Program-made: the position numbers and the translations under genes
Assembly: GCA_016748015.1 (NCBI GenBank)
Contig: JAAOMT010000276.1
Location: 372,001-436,000, forward strand
Source: Geosiphon pyriformis uo1
Lineage: Eukaryota > Fungi > Glomeromycota
Reading direction: 5' to 3'
DNA length: 64,000 nt
Notes under the pieces: model-generated
What the model was told of the DNA's origin: nothing
Databases searched by the model: none
The model's input: only the letters and a program-made list of their open reading frames with translations
Shown here: positions 38,990-51,502 of the stretch, piece after piece
How positions within the stretch are numbered: the first letter of the stretch is position 1
Layout of the letters: the number at the start of each line of letters is the position of its first letter

Positions 38990-40371
38990 TTAATTTAATG
39001 TGTTGTTGTCAATAATGATGATTGGTTTCAGATCTCATGGAATTTCCTCTGGTTGGACTAGTATCTTCTGTACTTCTAATTGTGGAATATTACTGGTGGA
39101 TGGTAGTGTGATGTTGTGATATGGTTTCAGTCAATCTCCATGTGCTGCTTTGGTTAAGATTTTGTTATCCAGTCTTAATTTGTAAGCTCTATTTCCTAGA
39201 ATTTCTTCTATGTGAAATAGTCTATCTCATTTGGAGTCAAATTTTCCACTCCATTGTTTTTCTGCTTTGGTACGATATAAGAGTATTTTGTCTCCAATTT
39301 TGAATTCAACTGATTTGTCTGGTAGTTGATTATCATGTCTTTTTTTCTGTTTCTCTTGTAACTTTTGTATATTATCAGCTGCTTTTTTTCATTTGTTTTC
39401 CAATATTTCTATTAAGTCATATGTTTCTCTTAACAATGTTTCTTGGAAATTCTCTTCTATTATTGATTCAGTTGGATATGTGTTAACCTCTATCTCAACT
39501 GGTAATGTTGTTGTTCTACTGTATATCAATTCAAATGGTGTTGTTTGTGTGGTGTCTTGCTTTATTGTCCGATAAGCAAATAATACTAATAGTATAAACA
39601 AATCCCATTCATCCTGGTTTTCTTGGCTGAGTTTCGCTATTGCTTTACACAATGTTTTATTAAATCTTTCAACTAATCCATTGGTTTGTGGATGGTATGG
39701 TAATGATAATGGTCTCTTAATTCCGAATCTTTGGCTTAGTTCTGCTAATGTTCTATTCACAAAATGGGTTTTTTGGTTTGATAATAGTTCTTTTGGACAT
39801 CTATGTTGACAAATCAGATCTTAATGGACAAATTCAGCAATAAATTCTGCATCTACTCTTTGAATTGCTTTGGCTTCTGGCCATTTAGTAAGATAGTCCA
39901 TGGCTACTACAATATATCTGTTGCTTCTGCTGGTAATTGTTAATGGTCTGACTAAATTGATTTCAATATGGTCAAATGGTTGCCCACTTTGATTGGTCTC
40001 AATGGTTTACTGGGTCTTGTTCCTCCTCTTCTTTGACAAGCATCACAATTTTGCATATATTAGATGATGTCTGGATATATTGATGACCAATAATATCTCT
40101 TTCTGGTTCTTTCCATGGTTGCTTTTTTATGAAAATGTCTTGCAGTTGAATCTGAATGCATGTTGAACAGTATTGTCTCCTTTTCTGATTTTGTAATTAT
40201 TCTGGTTGGTTGATCTGAATCTTTTCTATTTTTCTGATAAAGTATATTTTGGTGAGTGATAAAATATTTGGATTGTTGTTTGATTCTTTTTTGTTCTGGT
40301 TAAGATAATTTCTCCTTGAACTGTTGAGTATCTATATAATGTTGAAGTTGTTAATATTTTTGTGTGCTCAT
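38990..40371 (-). pseudogene. Stand-alone integrase ORF of element B
   Basis: Own ATG 61 nt after the RNase H stop. HHCC region, DYLTKWPEA and PYHPQTNGLVERFN. No chromodomain. Confidence 0.85.
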
Positions 40372-40432
40372 CTTTTGTTATATTTTCGTGAGTATTGTTT
40401 TGGTTTTGTTATATTTTTGGGTTGAAATGTTC

Positions 40433-43400
40433 TTAGATTTGTCTCATTTGTGACAAACTGTTGGCATTTCCATTGTTTTTTCCCTTTTTATAATGTATGG
40501 TATAAATATATGTCGAAAGAGCCATTTTTTATCTTGACTGTTTTCCGTCTCCAAATTTTTGTTTTTGGAGTGATGTCAATTCTTTGTGATCTGTGTATAC
40601 CTTAAACTTTTGGCTCAAGTATTTTTTTCATTTTATAACTGCCCAATAGATTGCTAAATGTTCTAATTCTGGTGTTCCATAGTTCTTTTTGGCTGGTGTT
40701 AAACTTTGGCTGGCATATGTGACTGGATGTTTTCTTCCATCTGGTCCTTTCTAAAATAGTACTGCTTCCAATACTTGACCTGATGTATCATTGGTAATAA
40801 TGAATGGTTTACTATGATCTGGATAGATCAATACTGGAGCTTGAATAAGCTTTTTTCTTAAGATATCAAATGCTTTTTGCTGGGTTTCAGTCTATTCATA
40901 CTTTGTATTTTTGGTTTGAAGATCATTGAGTGGTTGTGCTATCTTTGAAAAGTTCTTTATAAAGCATCTATAATAGCTCGTGAATTCCAAGAATGATTTC
41001 AGCTCGGTTATATTGGTTGGTATTAGAAAGTTTTTTACTATCTCTATTTTCTCTGGATCTGTTTTTATGCTGTTTTTGCTAACTATGTGTCCCAAGAATT
41101 TTAGTTCTGTTTTGCCAAAAAAACACTTTGTTGCATTTAATTTTAATTCTGCTTGTCATAGTCTTTCGAACACTTGTTGGAGATAATGTAGATGATCATC
41201 GAATGTTTTTAAAAACACATTGGTGTCATCCAAGTATACAACTACTGATTTCCATAATAAGCCAGTATACACGATTTCCATTAGCTATTGGAATGTAGCT
41301 GGAGCATTGATTAAGCCGAATAGTATAACTTCAAACTCAAAGTTTCCCTCTCTTGTGGTGAATGCTGTTTTTTTTTGTCGGCTGGATTTATGGCTACTTG
41401 CCAGTAACCACTATCCAAGTCTAACATTAAGAACTATTTGTTTCCACTGAAAGTGTCAAATAGTTCTTGTATTCGTGAAGTTAGATAGCTGTCTCTACAA
41501 GTTACACTATTGAGTTTCCTGTAGTCTACACAAAATCAGATTTTTCCATTCTTCTTATGAATAAGTACTACTGGTAACGACCATGGGCTCATTGATGGCT
41601 GAATTAACCCATTGTCAAGCATTTAGTTGATCTCTTGATGAATGATTTCATGGCTGGCTGGTGGTACTCTATATGCTCACTGTTTGATTGACATTGTATC
41701 TCCAGTCTTAATCTAATGCTGGATAATATCAGTTCTGTCAAATTCATTTTCATTGGCAAAGATGTCATTGAAATTATTGAGTAACATCTTTAGTTGCATC
41801 TGTTGAAGTAAGTTTAGATTTCCCATGTTCATCTGTTCCAATTTTTCTGGCTGTAACAGATAACATTCATTTCGTCTATAGATGGTTTGTAATGTAATAT
41901 CCACATATTCACAAAGCTGTAGAAAATCTGAAATGCTGCTTGGTGCTTAATCTTTAATTTCCATGATTAAATATCCAAGAGTGGTTCCTTCTAGTATCTC
42001 TACAACATTTCCAGTGTTGTTGTAGATGGGAATTTTAATATGGTTATGGCTCTTGGCTGGTATGTGTAGATTGATAAGTCCAATTTTTCCTGATTCACAA
42101 AGGATTGCTTCTGCTTCAAAAATCTGTTCTTGCTCCTTCTCTCTTCTTTCTATTGCTAACATGTATTAGCTATATGGTAGAATGGAAATTGTTTGACTGG
42201 TTGAGATAATTTCTCCTTGGCCAATAATTTTTTTCTTTACTATATTGACTGGTATATCTATTCTACCCATTGATCCAAATCTCTGTATCTCTCTTGCTGT
42301 TATCCCTAATTTTTTCTTATTTCCTACTGACACTAACTGAGCTATTTTAACTAGAAGCAGAAATATTCTCTGTGCTATCCTTTCATTTGACTCTATAACA
42401 TAGGTCTTTTCTGAATCATTTTGTAGCATAACAATGATATTTCTTATATATCCTGCATCAATTATTCTTTTTCTAATGTTTATTCCCTTTTTTGTTAAAC
42501 TACTTCTAGATGCTAATTAAACTATTGTTGTTGCTAGAATTTCCAGTGCTATTTTCAGATTGATGCAAGTGCACAAATGGGGTTCCAATTTGATGGTGTC
42601 TTTTCCTGGATATTTCAGATCAAATTCTGCATCAGTATTATGCACATGTTCTGGCATAATACCTTCATCTTTATCACTGAACCATTTCAGTTCTTGCTCA
42701 TTGGTGAGGTCAGGGAGTGCAATATATTGTTTGTAGTTTGAATCGGAGTTTGAATCTGAGTTGGAATCATTGTCATTGTTATAGTCATTTTGAATGAAGC
42801 TAGAACTGTTATTTTCATTATTGTCATTGTCGGAGTTTGAATCGGGTTTGGAACTCAATTCCGATTCTGATGTGCAGCTGTTGATTGGTTCTTCTTCTTC
42901 AGAGATTGTGTAGATCATGCATGTTGGTGGATTGTAGATGAGATCACAATCATCACAGAATTGGAAGTCACATGGAATCAAATAGTGGTCACATAATCGG
43001 GTGTTGATTTCTTCCAAGCATTGCTCTTGGTCTTCTCTCATGGGTGCTAAATTCTGATAGTGTTCATAGAATTTTTTTGGGCTGTTTTTTAAGTCGATAA
43101 AGGCATCTGGGTTGAGAACCAAAACAATATCTGTTGGTTCTGAAGGGTTATTTTTGATCTCCAGAATTTTACTGGGCAAAGCACCTTCTACTTTGGCATT
43201 GGCCATTCACCAGATCTCATCCTCGTCATGTGGATAGCTGTCTAGGCAGGATATAGCTTGGTGCCATGCTGCTGTAATGGGTGTACCACAACTCATCCAG
43301 TCACTGATAAGGATTGTGTATTGGCATGAAGTGTTGCATGTTTCTCCTCAATCAGGAATGTCATTCCACATTCCTTCGTCAAGTAATTGTTTGCCACAAG

Positions 43401-46400
43401 CAAGACATGGTTTGTTGTTTCACTTGCCTTGTCTTTTTGGGTAGCCATATCATTCTCTATGGCAGGATTTGCAATAGTAATGGGTTTACGTTCAGTAGTT
43501 TTCATCTAGCACTACCCAAGCTCTCATTAAAAACAGTTTCTTCCCATAGTTCTTGCATTTGAAAGGTATATATGGTAGTTCTTTTATTGGTTCACATGAG
43601 TATTTTCTTTCCCAGCCACTAGTTATTTCTTCTGCAGTGGTGGTTTCTTCAGGTATGTTTTCTTTCCTTCCTTTCTCTTTTTCTTTCCAATCTAGAATTG
43701 GTGGCATCTCGCTTTGGTTGTTGTCAATCCAAGCGTCGATGATGGCTTCCCAAGTAGGTTTTTCTCTTTGTTTCTTCTTTCCGTTGTCATTGTTGTTCCA
43801 GATAAGTATTGGCAGCAGTTTGTTGTGGTCGATGTTGGCCCATGAGACTTGGTATGCTTCCCAGGTGGGTTTTGTTTTTTCTTCCTCAAATTTAATAAGT
43901 GGTGTTGATGGCGTGGTGATAGACTTGAAGTGGCTACACATGACTGGTACCCGTGTGTGTTGACTGTTCTGGCTAAGCTGAAGCTCTTGGGTGTTCCAAT
44001 CTAGGGTTGCATTGGTTTTGGACAGCCAGTCATTCCCAATGAGTGCTTGGTATTGAGTGGCTTCCATGATGAATACTTTGATTGGTACTATGATGCTATT
44101 GATTTCTATGGGGAAATTATCAATCTCTCTAATGGGTGTTTTGGTCACTTCATTGGCTGTAATAATTCTGGTGCTGGCAGTGCAATCAACTTGACAACCT
44201 AATTGATTCATGAGTTGTCTTGTAATGATGCTGCCAGCTGATCCACTATCTAGGATCAGTTTGATGAAGTGACCATCAACTTTTGCATCAGTGTACATTG
44301 TGGTGATGGGTTTCTTCTTGAGTGCTGCTCTACTGAACAAAGGTGGGTTGATAGTCTCTTTTAATTTAAAAGGAAAGATGGCTGTAAAAGATTCATTTTT
44401 GGTGACCATTGCTGATGGAATATTGTTGGTGAGTGTTGTTTGGAGTGGGTTGGATTTTGAGTTGTTGGTTGTGACATCTTCTGGAGTAACCAGAAGACTT
44501 AAATAGTTCTGGGAATTTAGGTTTTGGATGGAACCGGTACTCGGATTCCACTGTCAAGAGCCTGATGGTTGGTGAGAGAAGTTGGGGATCAGTTGATGAA
44601 CAACTATCGCCGATCTTCAGTTTTGAGTGATTCTAAGTCTTGGGTTTCCCGATGTCATTTGAGTGGGTTTTTGGAGTGGTGTTTGAATTGGTTGTTGGGG
44701 CTGATAAATTATTTGGGGCTGCAGCTGATAAATTACTGGTGGCTGTGGTTGATAAATTAGAGGTTGATATACTGGCAGTTGATAGATTGGTTGCTGCATT
44801 ATTGGCAGATAAATGATTTGATATTGGTTTTAATTTGAGTAGTGATTCTGAATCTGAAATCTGCGATCAGGGTTTTGATATTGATTTCCCAATCATGGAT
44901 TGTTACTATAAAATTGACAGTCAGCTCTAATGTGACCTTGTTTATTACAGTTGTGGCAAACACGCATTTCTGGCTGCCATGGCTGATTGGGTAATGATGA
45001 TAATAATAATATTAATAGACATGGCTGATTTTGGAAACAATTTGTGTTTTCTGAATTATTGTGTTATTGTGGTGGTTGATAGATTGCACAATTGTCAGTT
45101 AAGTATCCCTCTAGTTTCTGATTGATTGTATTACTGAATTGTTTTAGTTTGGAATCCAAGTCAGATGATCCGTTTATCACTAAATTTACAGCTTGGGCAT
45201 GATTGGCTTTTAGCTCGGCTGCTTCAAAATCTCTGACATGGGTGACAGTAGTTGGGAGATCAACTGGATGCATTGGACATACTTGCTGAAGAATGCTACT
45301 GCACAATCCTCTTATAAACTGGTTCAAGATCTGTGATGCTGTAAAGTAATCAGCTTGAATTGTCTAAATTTGGTGCAGATTTCTATGGAAGTGTTCCAAG
45401 TAAGTAGTGACTGCTTCTGTGTCCTCTTGTTTGATGGTGGTAAATGTGTTGGTCAAGCAATTGATACTATTGTTATTACTAAAGTATCTCAAGAATTCTG
45501 TTTTGAACTCATTGAAGGTTTGTGGTTTGGTGGCTAGGCTTTGATACCATGAGTCAGCAGTATTTTTGAGAAAATAGGAAATTGTTTGAAGGGCTCTACC
45601 ATCATTCTATTCATTGGCCACTATGGCTTTTTCAATGTTGTTGAGCCATATTTGGGTGTTGTTCTCTTCACTGGTAAAATTGTCAAGTTTTGTGATTGGT
45701 GCATAAATTATTGGATCTAAGTTGAATTGTTGTGGTGGTAGTTGAAGTGGTTGTTGTTGCACAAATTGTTGGGATGATAGTTGAAGTGGTGGTTGTATGA
45801 GTTTGGCTATTGAATTAATTAGTGGTTGATTGATGACAATTACTAGAGATAAGTTTTGTTGATTTATTAAATCAGAGTTTCAATTATTCTGAGTTGGCAG
45901 TATCTGAATATTCGGAGTTTTGATTTCCGGATTTTCTGGGTTTAGATTTTGCTGGGTTTGAAAATTCAGGGTTTCAAATTCCGGGTTTTCAGTTATTGGG
46001 TTCTAGTAAGTGAATTCTTGATCTTCAGTTTCTTTTTCTTCCTCTTTTTTTGATTCCATTACTTTCCACAGATCAGAAATTCCGAAATTTGGGGGAGGTA
46101 GTGGTGATCGGAGTTCTGATGGCATTGATGATTGTGAGTTAAATCTTTCAAAATATGCACTGTATGGTCCTAATAACTCTGCTTTCTTTTATTTACTTTG
46201 GAATGAGAATCGTCCAAATGCTGATGTCATGTTTGATGTGGCCACACCAGTAGATGTAATATTAATGGTGCTTCTGGGTGTATAGTGGTATGATAGATTA
46301 GTTGGGGACTCAACTCTTGTTTTCTTCCAAGTAAGTAGTTGTATTTTTTTGGGTGTTACTGCTGATATTTGCAGTTTTCTTTTGTCTTTGTTCACATAAG

Positions 46401-46720
46401 TAATAAGGTATCTTTGCTGTGTGTAGTGTTCAATTTTTTTGTTGATTTCCATAATAATGGAGGCAAAATTGTGATTTGTTGGCAGGTTGATATTTTGAAT
46501 TAATTCACTATAAAAGGTTTCTCTTGCTGATTTAATATTTACTGGTGTTCCTAACAGATAGGCAATTCTTTCATTAACATAGAAATTAAAAGCTGATTCC
46601 ACTGATATGTGGTTGTGATTTAATTTCAAATGTTAATAGTAGTGTTAAAATAAAGATTTCACAAATCCTAGATGGTTTGCTCCTATGTTTTTTGATTCTG
46701 CCACTTTTAGATTTGTGTTG
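40433..46720 (-). pseudogene. gag-protease-Zn module-dUTPase-RT-RNase H polyprotein of element B
   Basis: Capsid-like region, CHNCNKQGHIRADC, LILDSGSAGS, Cys-rich module, dUTPase motifs (~42260-42660), VYLDDT and an RNase H ending NANSLSQMRQI*. Confidence 0.9.
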
Positions 46721-46763
46721 ATGCTGGTTTTCTGTAGGATTATACCTTACAGAGAGCACCAAA

Positions 46764-47632
46764 TGTTACAGGTGACTATTTTTGGTATTGAATTAAATAA
46801 CAAACCCATAATTTGGTGCTCAAATTTAATTGTAAGTAATAGTGATCTGAAGGTTTGTGTCTGAAAAGTTTGTATCTGAAGAGTTTGGTTGAGTTCTTTG
46901 TATAATGGACAGAGATTCAATGATAATAGTTTTATCCATAGCTTCCTGAAACTGCAGTTTTATCAATTTTTTTCTCAGCTTAATGGCCAGTATTCCTCTT
47001 GGTAAGCTATCTTTAATCGAGTGTTCTACCCTTATTTCTGGGTCTTTTACCAGTCATGTTTATTCTAACATCAGTACTCCACGCATTAATCCTCAATAGA
47101 GTTAGTAAATAACAATAAAATCAAAGCAAGAAATAAAGAAAAGAAAAAAATAAAGAAAGAAAAGAAATAAGCCAAGGCAATTTGCAAGTTAGTATTCTGT
47201 CAATAGCCATGATTAAGAGCTATTGTTCTAGCATGGTTAAGTATCAATTACTATCAACATAAAGTGTTGATAGTGGCAGTGAGTTTGAGATAACAAACAG
47301 TTATTTATTTGTGGTTTGGAAAGTTGTCTGGATGAAATTTAAACTAAAAGATCTGTCTTTTTAGCTTCTAATCCTACTGCTATATATACATAATTGAGAT
47401 TCTTCAATTCCTTAATTCTTTACAACAAGAATTCTGGGATTCCTGGAATCCTGCAATTCCTTTGAGAAGAATTCTGGAATTCTGGAATCCTGCAATTCTT
47501 TGTGAGAATCCTGTAATTTCTGGAATCCTGCAATTCCTGAAAGAAATCTTGGAATTCCACATTTTACTATGTCTACTTCTGATTGGTTAATAACTATGCT
47601 AATATATATTTTCTATATTTCTATGAGTAACA
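46764..47632 (-). repeat. 5' LTR of element B
   Basis: TGTTACTCATAG...CACCTGTAACA on the minus strand, followed by the PBS. Confidence 0.96.
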
Positions 47633-48755
47633 ACATGTATCCATTCTCTAAAATTGATACAATGCTAAATAAATTCAATGGTGCTGTTTTCTTCTCAACC
47701 ATTAACTTAACTGCTGGATTCTGGCGAGTAGAGATAGATTCAGAAAGCAGAAAAAAAACTGCTTTTATCACCAAGTATGGCACCTATGAATTTATAGTCA
47801 TGTCTTTTGGTTTTACTAATGCTCCTTCCACCTTTTAACACCTAATGGATAAAGTGTTTAAATCAGTAAAAAAAATTTTGTTCTAGTTTACTTGGACAAC
47901 ATAATAGTATATTCAAAAACCTGGGATAAACACCTTAAACATTTACAAAAGATTTTTGACTTGCTCAGAAATGCTGGCCTTAAAATCAACCCAATCAAAT
48001 CTTTCTTTGGATGCCAATCTGCCCAGTTCCTTGGTTATCTTATTACAAAAGATGAAATTTTCTCTGACTTAGCTAAAGTTGAAAAAGTTCAGAACATTAG
48101 ACAATTAATAAATGTTCCTGAACTATGCTCTTTCTTTGGTTTGATCTCTTACTATCACAAATTTATCAAGAATTTCTTCAAAATTGCCTTTCCTCTTAAT
48201 CAGCTACTCAGAAAAAATGTCAATTATTACTGGGGCACTCATCAACAAAAAGCTTTTGAAATTCTGAAAAAAAAACTTGTTACTGAATCAATTCTTAAGC
48301 AACCAGATCTGGATCAATCTTTCATCCTCCACATTGATACATCTGGCTATAGACTTGGTGCTGTTTTTTACAGAAGGATGAAAATGGCAGAGAACATGCC
48401 ATAGCATATGCCAGTAGATCCCTCACACCAGCAGAAAAGAACTATTCAGTTACTGAACAAGAATGTCTAGCAGTAGTTTGGGCTACTAGCTACTGAGATC
48501 AATATCTTCTTGGTGCAAAATTCTTAGTGGTAACAGATCATCAAGCTTTGGTTTGGCTGTACAATAAAAAAAAGCTGAAACACAAACAAATAACTTGCTG
48601 GATACTTTACTTGAATGAATTTGACTATGATATTCAACACCACAAAAGAGCAAATCATTAAAATGCTGACGCTTTTTCTAAACTTATTATTCAGTAATTG
48701 TACAACCTCTCAAACCAAACCAACTTAATTATTAGTAACTCTTTCACAAATAAAC

Positions 48756-50051
48756 ATGATAATAGACTTGGACAACTACTCTGCCTTAATAAAATTTTTG
48801 GGTAAAAGACAATACCCACCAAAATACACTCAACAACAAAGAGAACATTTGCAAAAACAATCAAATTTCTATTTGATCCACCAGAACCAATTATACAAAA
48901 GAAACAAAAAAGATCCTGACTGCCCCCAAAGAGTTATTAGATTTGAAGAAAGAAAAATTGTAATATACAACATGCACACTAACCCATTAACTGGACACTT
49001 TGGAAAAACAAAGACAATTCAGAAAAATTTAGCTTACTATTATTGGTCTACCTTAAGAAAAAACATTGCTGAATACATCAAAACCTGTAACATCTGCCAA
49101 AAAAGAGACAAACCCAATCACAAAGAAGATATCTATCCAATTTTTGTTGGTCAACCATTTGACAGAATTAGTATAGATATTGTTGGACCTTTAACAATAA
49201 CTCTTGATGGCAATAAATATATTATTATAGCTACTAATTATCTTACAAAGTGTGTAGAAGCAAAAGCCACTCCAGACCAAACAACAGTCTCAATAGCCAA
49301 TTTCATTTATGAAGATATTATCTGCCATCATGGCTGCCCCAAAGAACTTTTATCTGATAGAGAAAAAGCTTTTTTCAGTATACTGGTTGAAAAACTTTGT
49401 AGAAAAATGGGAATATGTCATAAACTTTCTTCCCTTTATTACTCCTAAACAAATGGTCTAGTAGAACATTTTAATAGAATACTATGTAAAACCCTAGCCA
49501 AAACCAGTGAAGAAACAAACTTATGGGACAAAATACTGCCTTTAGCTTTGTTTGCTTATAGAACTGTGAATTATAACATAACAAGTTATGAATCTTTTTA
49601 TCTGCTCTATGGATGCATAGCAACACTACCAATAGAAACTGACATTAAAACAATACTCTTTGAAGAGATTACAATAGGAAATTACAAAGACATTTTGCAA
49701 AGAAGACTTGGTACCATTCTTGACTCCTTGGTAGAAGCATAAATAATTGCTTTTGAAAAAATAAAACAGTTCCAAGAAAAGCTTAAGAAAAAAAAAACTT
49801 ATAAAACACTTTTTTTAAGTGTTGGTGACTTGGTATTGGAATATCATTCAGACAGAGACAATGTCTATAGTGATAAATTCTCTAGCCAATGAAAAGAACC
49901 CTTTATAGTCAACAAAGTTTTGAACAATGGTTTTTATATTCTTTAAGATCAATCCAGAACAATCTTTAATGATTATTCTGTTCATGGTACACAACTCAAG
50001 AAATATTATAAACGACCTGATTGGCTGTTTGTTGTGGTAATACCAATTTAA
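48756..50051 (+). pseudogene. Stand-alone integrase ORF of element C
   Basis: ATG at 48756, 58 nt after the RNase H stop (48695-48697). HTNPLTGH..CNIC, SIDIVGPL, LSDRE and NGLVEHFN. Confidence 0.88.
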
Positions 50052-50116
50052 ATGATCAGCAAAAATCAAGTATAAATAAATGTACCATTCCCAAAACAGA
50101 GATATCTTCAATTAAC

Positions 50117-50740
50117 ATAAACAATTATTTTCTGGATCAAAACATTCAAAACATCTTCTATACTCTCCATGAGTATTAGATTAAAAACTATTCAAATGCT
50201 ACTTTGACCATTGGAAAACAAACCACCATAACTGATAACAGTAGAACACATACTGTTATTAGACCAAAAAAAACTACTACCAGAAGAGAAAGAATTGATA
50301 GTAAAATGGATAAATATCTGTTGGAAAGTATAACAGCAGCTATACTCCTACTTTCCAACACAATTGGAAAAACAATCCAAAAAATCTTACCCATACACAA
50401 AAACTTGTCATATGAAAGGCAATTAAAACTCTATGGTCGCCTTAATGAAATTATAGAGGATATAAAACTCATGAAGAAAACAACTTCAGAGATACAGATG
50501 GAAATTTTGGGCATTATACAGTTAGATGTCTCAAGAATTTTAATTATTGCTAAAAGAGCCAAAACTCTAATACAAAAATTTGGTCTCTTGGATACAAAAC
50601 TCATTTTGTCTTAAGTGTTATATATCTTATCCACAAAAAACTTCAACAAACTAGTTAGCTTTGAGTTAGATATAACTCTTCAAATAGATTACTCTATGAA
50701 TAACTTGATTTTGCTAAAGTTCAATCTCTTTGGAGAGGAT
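50117..50740 (+). pseudogene. ORF3 of element C (unknown function)
   Basis: Includes the 136-aa ORF 50204-50614 between integrase and PPT. Its N-terminal pattern resembles ORF3 of B and D; the start is probably ATG mutated to ATA at 50117. Confidence 0.6.
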
Positions 50741-50742
50741 AA

Positions 50743-51502
50743 TATTATGGTTGAAACTTATACTTTTTATTAATTATCATATGTATTAGTCATTGATGTC
50801 ATATAAATTAGCCACACTATTTTTAAATAGTGATCATTGATCTGATCAATGATCTGACCATTGACCTGATCAATAACCTGACCATTGATCTGATTATTAA
50901 CTTGATTATTGATCTGATTATTGATCTGACCATTGACCTAATCATTAATCTAGTTATTAATCTAATTATTGACCATTTTTGACAGCTATATAAGCAATGA
51001 ATTTCTTAGCTGTAGAAAAGCATGTTCAAAATAATCAAGAATAAATAAAATAACAACTTTTATTTCAATCATTCTCTTATTACTAATTTCCCTTTCTCTA
51101 CCTTTAAGTATCTGAACATTTTGAGATAAAAGATTACTTGTTGGTTAATTTTTACCCTTTTCCTGAAATGTATAAGTGTAGCATTTGAAGATTATTGAAT
51201 AAAACATGATTGAAGAGCATATCTGATACTTGATATTGAATTCTAAGAACACCGACATGAGGCATAGAATTATACCAAGTGTGATTATTTGTTGACAGTA
51301 TGGACTATTCCTTTACCTTCAGATTCCCCAATTATCTTTTAAAAAGAATAGTGACTGAGATATTTTATAAGACTGATCTCACACATTGAATTCATACTTA
51401 TTCAATTTGCTCTTTGAAGTTAAAATCCTTTTGATTATTTCTATCACCCTACAATTCTGTTCTTCTTTGCTATTCATTAGCTTGTTACTCCAATCTGTAA
51501 CA
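50743..51502 (+). repeat. 3' LTR of element C (760 bp) with expanded 12-bp array
   Basis: Colinear with the 5' LTR plus ten extra TGATCATTGACC-type units (~50830-50975). Confidence 0.93.

Larger units (their letters stand above)
37424..47632 (-). mobile_element. Complete decayed Ty3/Gypsy element B (dUTPase family), 10.2 kb
   Basis: LTRs 46764-47632 (5') and 37424-38292 (3'), both 869 bp. TSD ATAT/ACAT; removal restores host RT RDMYP. PBS 46745-46761, PPT 38293-38307. ORF pieces 46629-41713 share one frame. Confidence 0.96.
33560..51502 (+). mobile_element. Complete decayed Ty3/Gypsy element C (no dUTPase), interrupted by B
   Basis: LTRs 33560-34199 and 50743-51502, TSD ATAT/ATAT, PBS 34206-34222, PPT GGAGAGGATAA ~50732-50742. 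Gag CYYCGLTRHFLRDC, protease LILDSG, RT VYLDN(D)I, RNase H, integrase (H..H..C..C, DIVGPL, SDRE) and an extra ORF3. Confidence 0.95.

Noticed and set aside
38990-39300. Chromodomain at the integrase C-terminus
   Set aside because: Integrase ends shortly after the GPF/Y-type region with a hydrophobic PIIII tail; no chromodomain motif or room for one.
41380-41460. Frame change within the RT of element B as programmed frameshifting
   Set aside because: It falls inside the conserved RT core with locally scrambled or deleted sequence and is not seen in A or D; best explained as decay.
43553-44760. Antisense ORFs over TE coding regions (also 21938-22300, 53245-53631, 54874-55212)
   Set aside because: Shadow frames of the sense polyproteins with no independent motifs.
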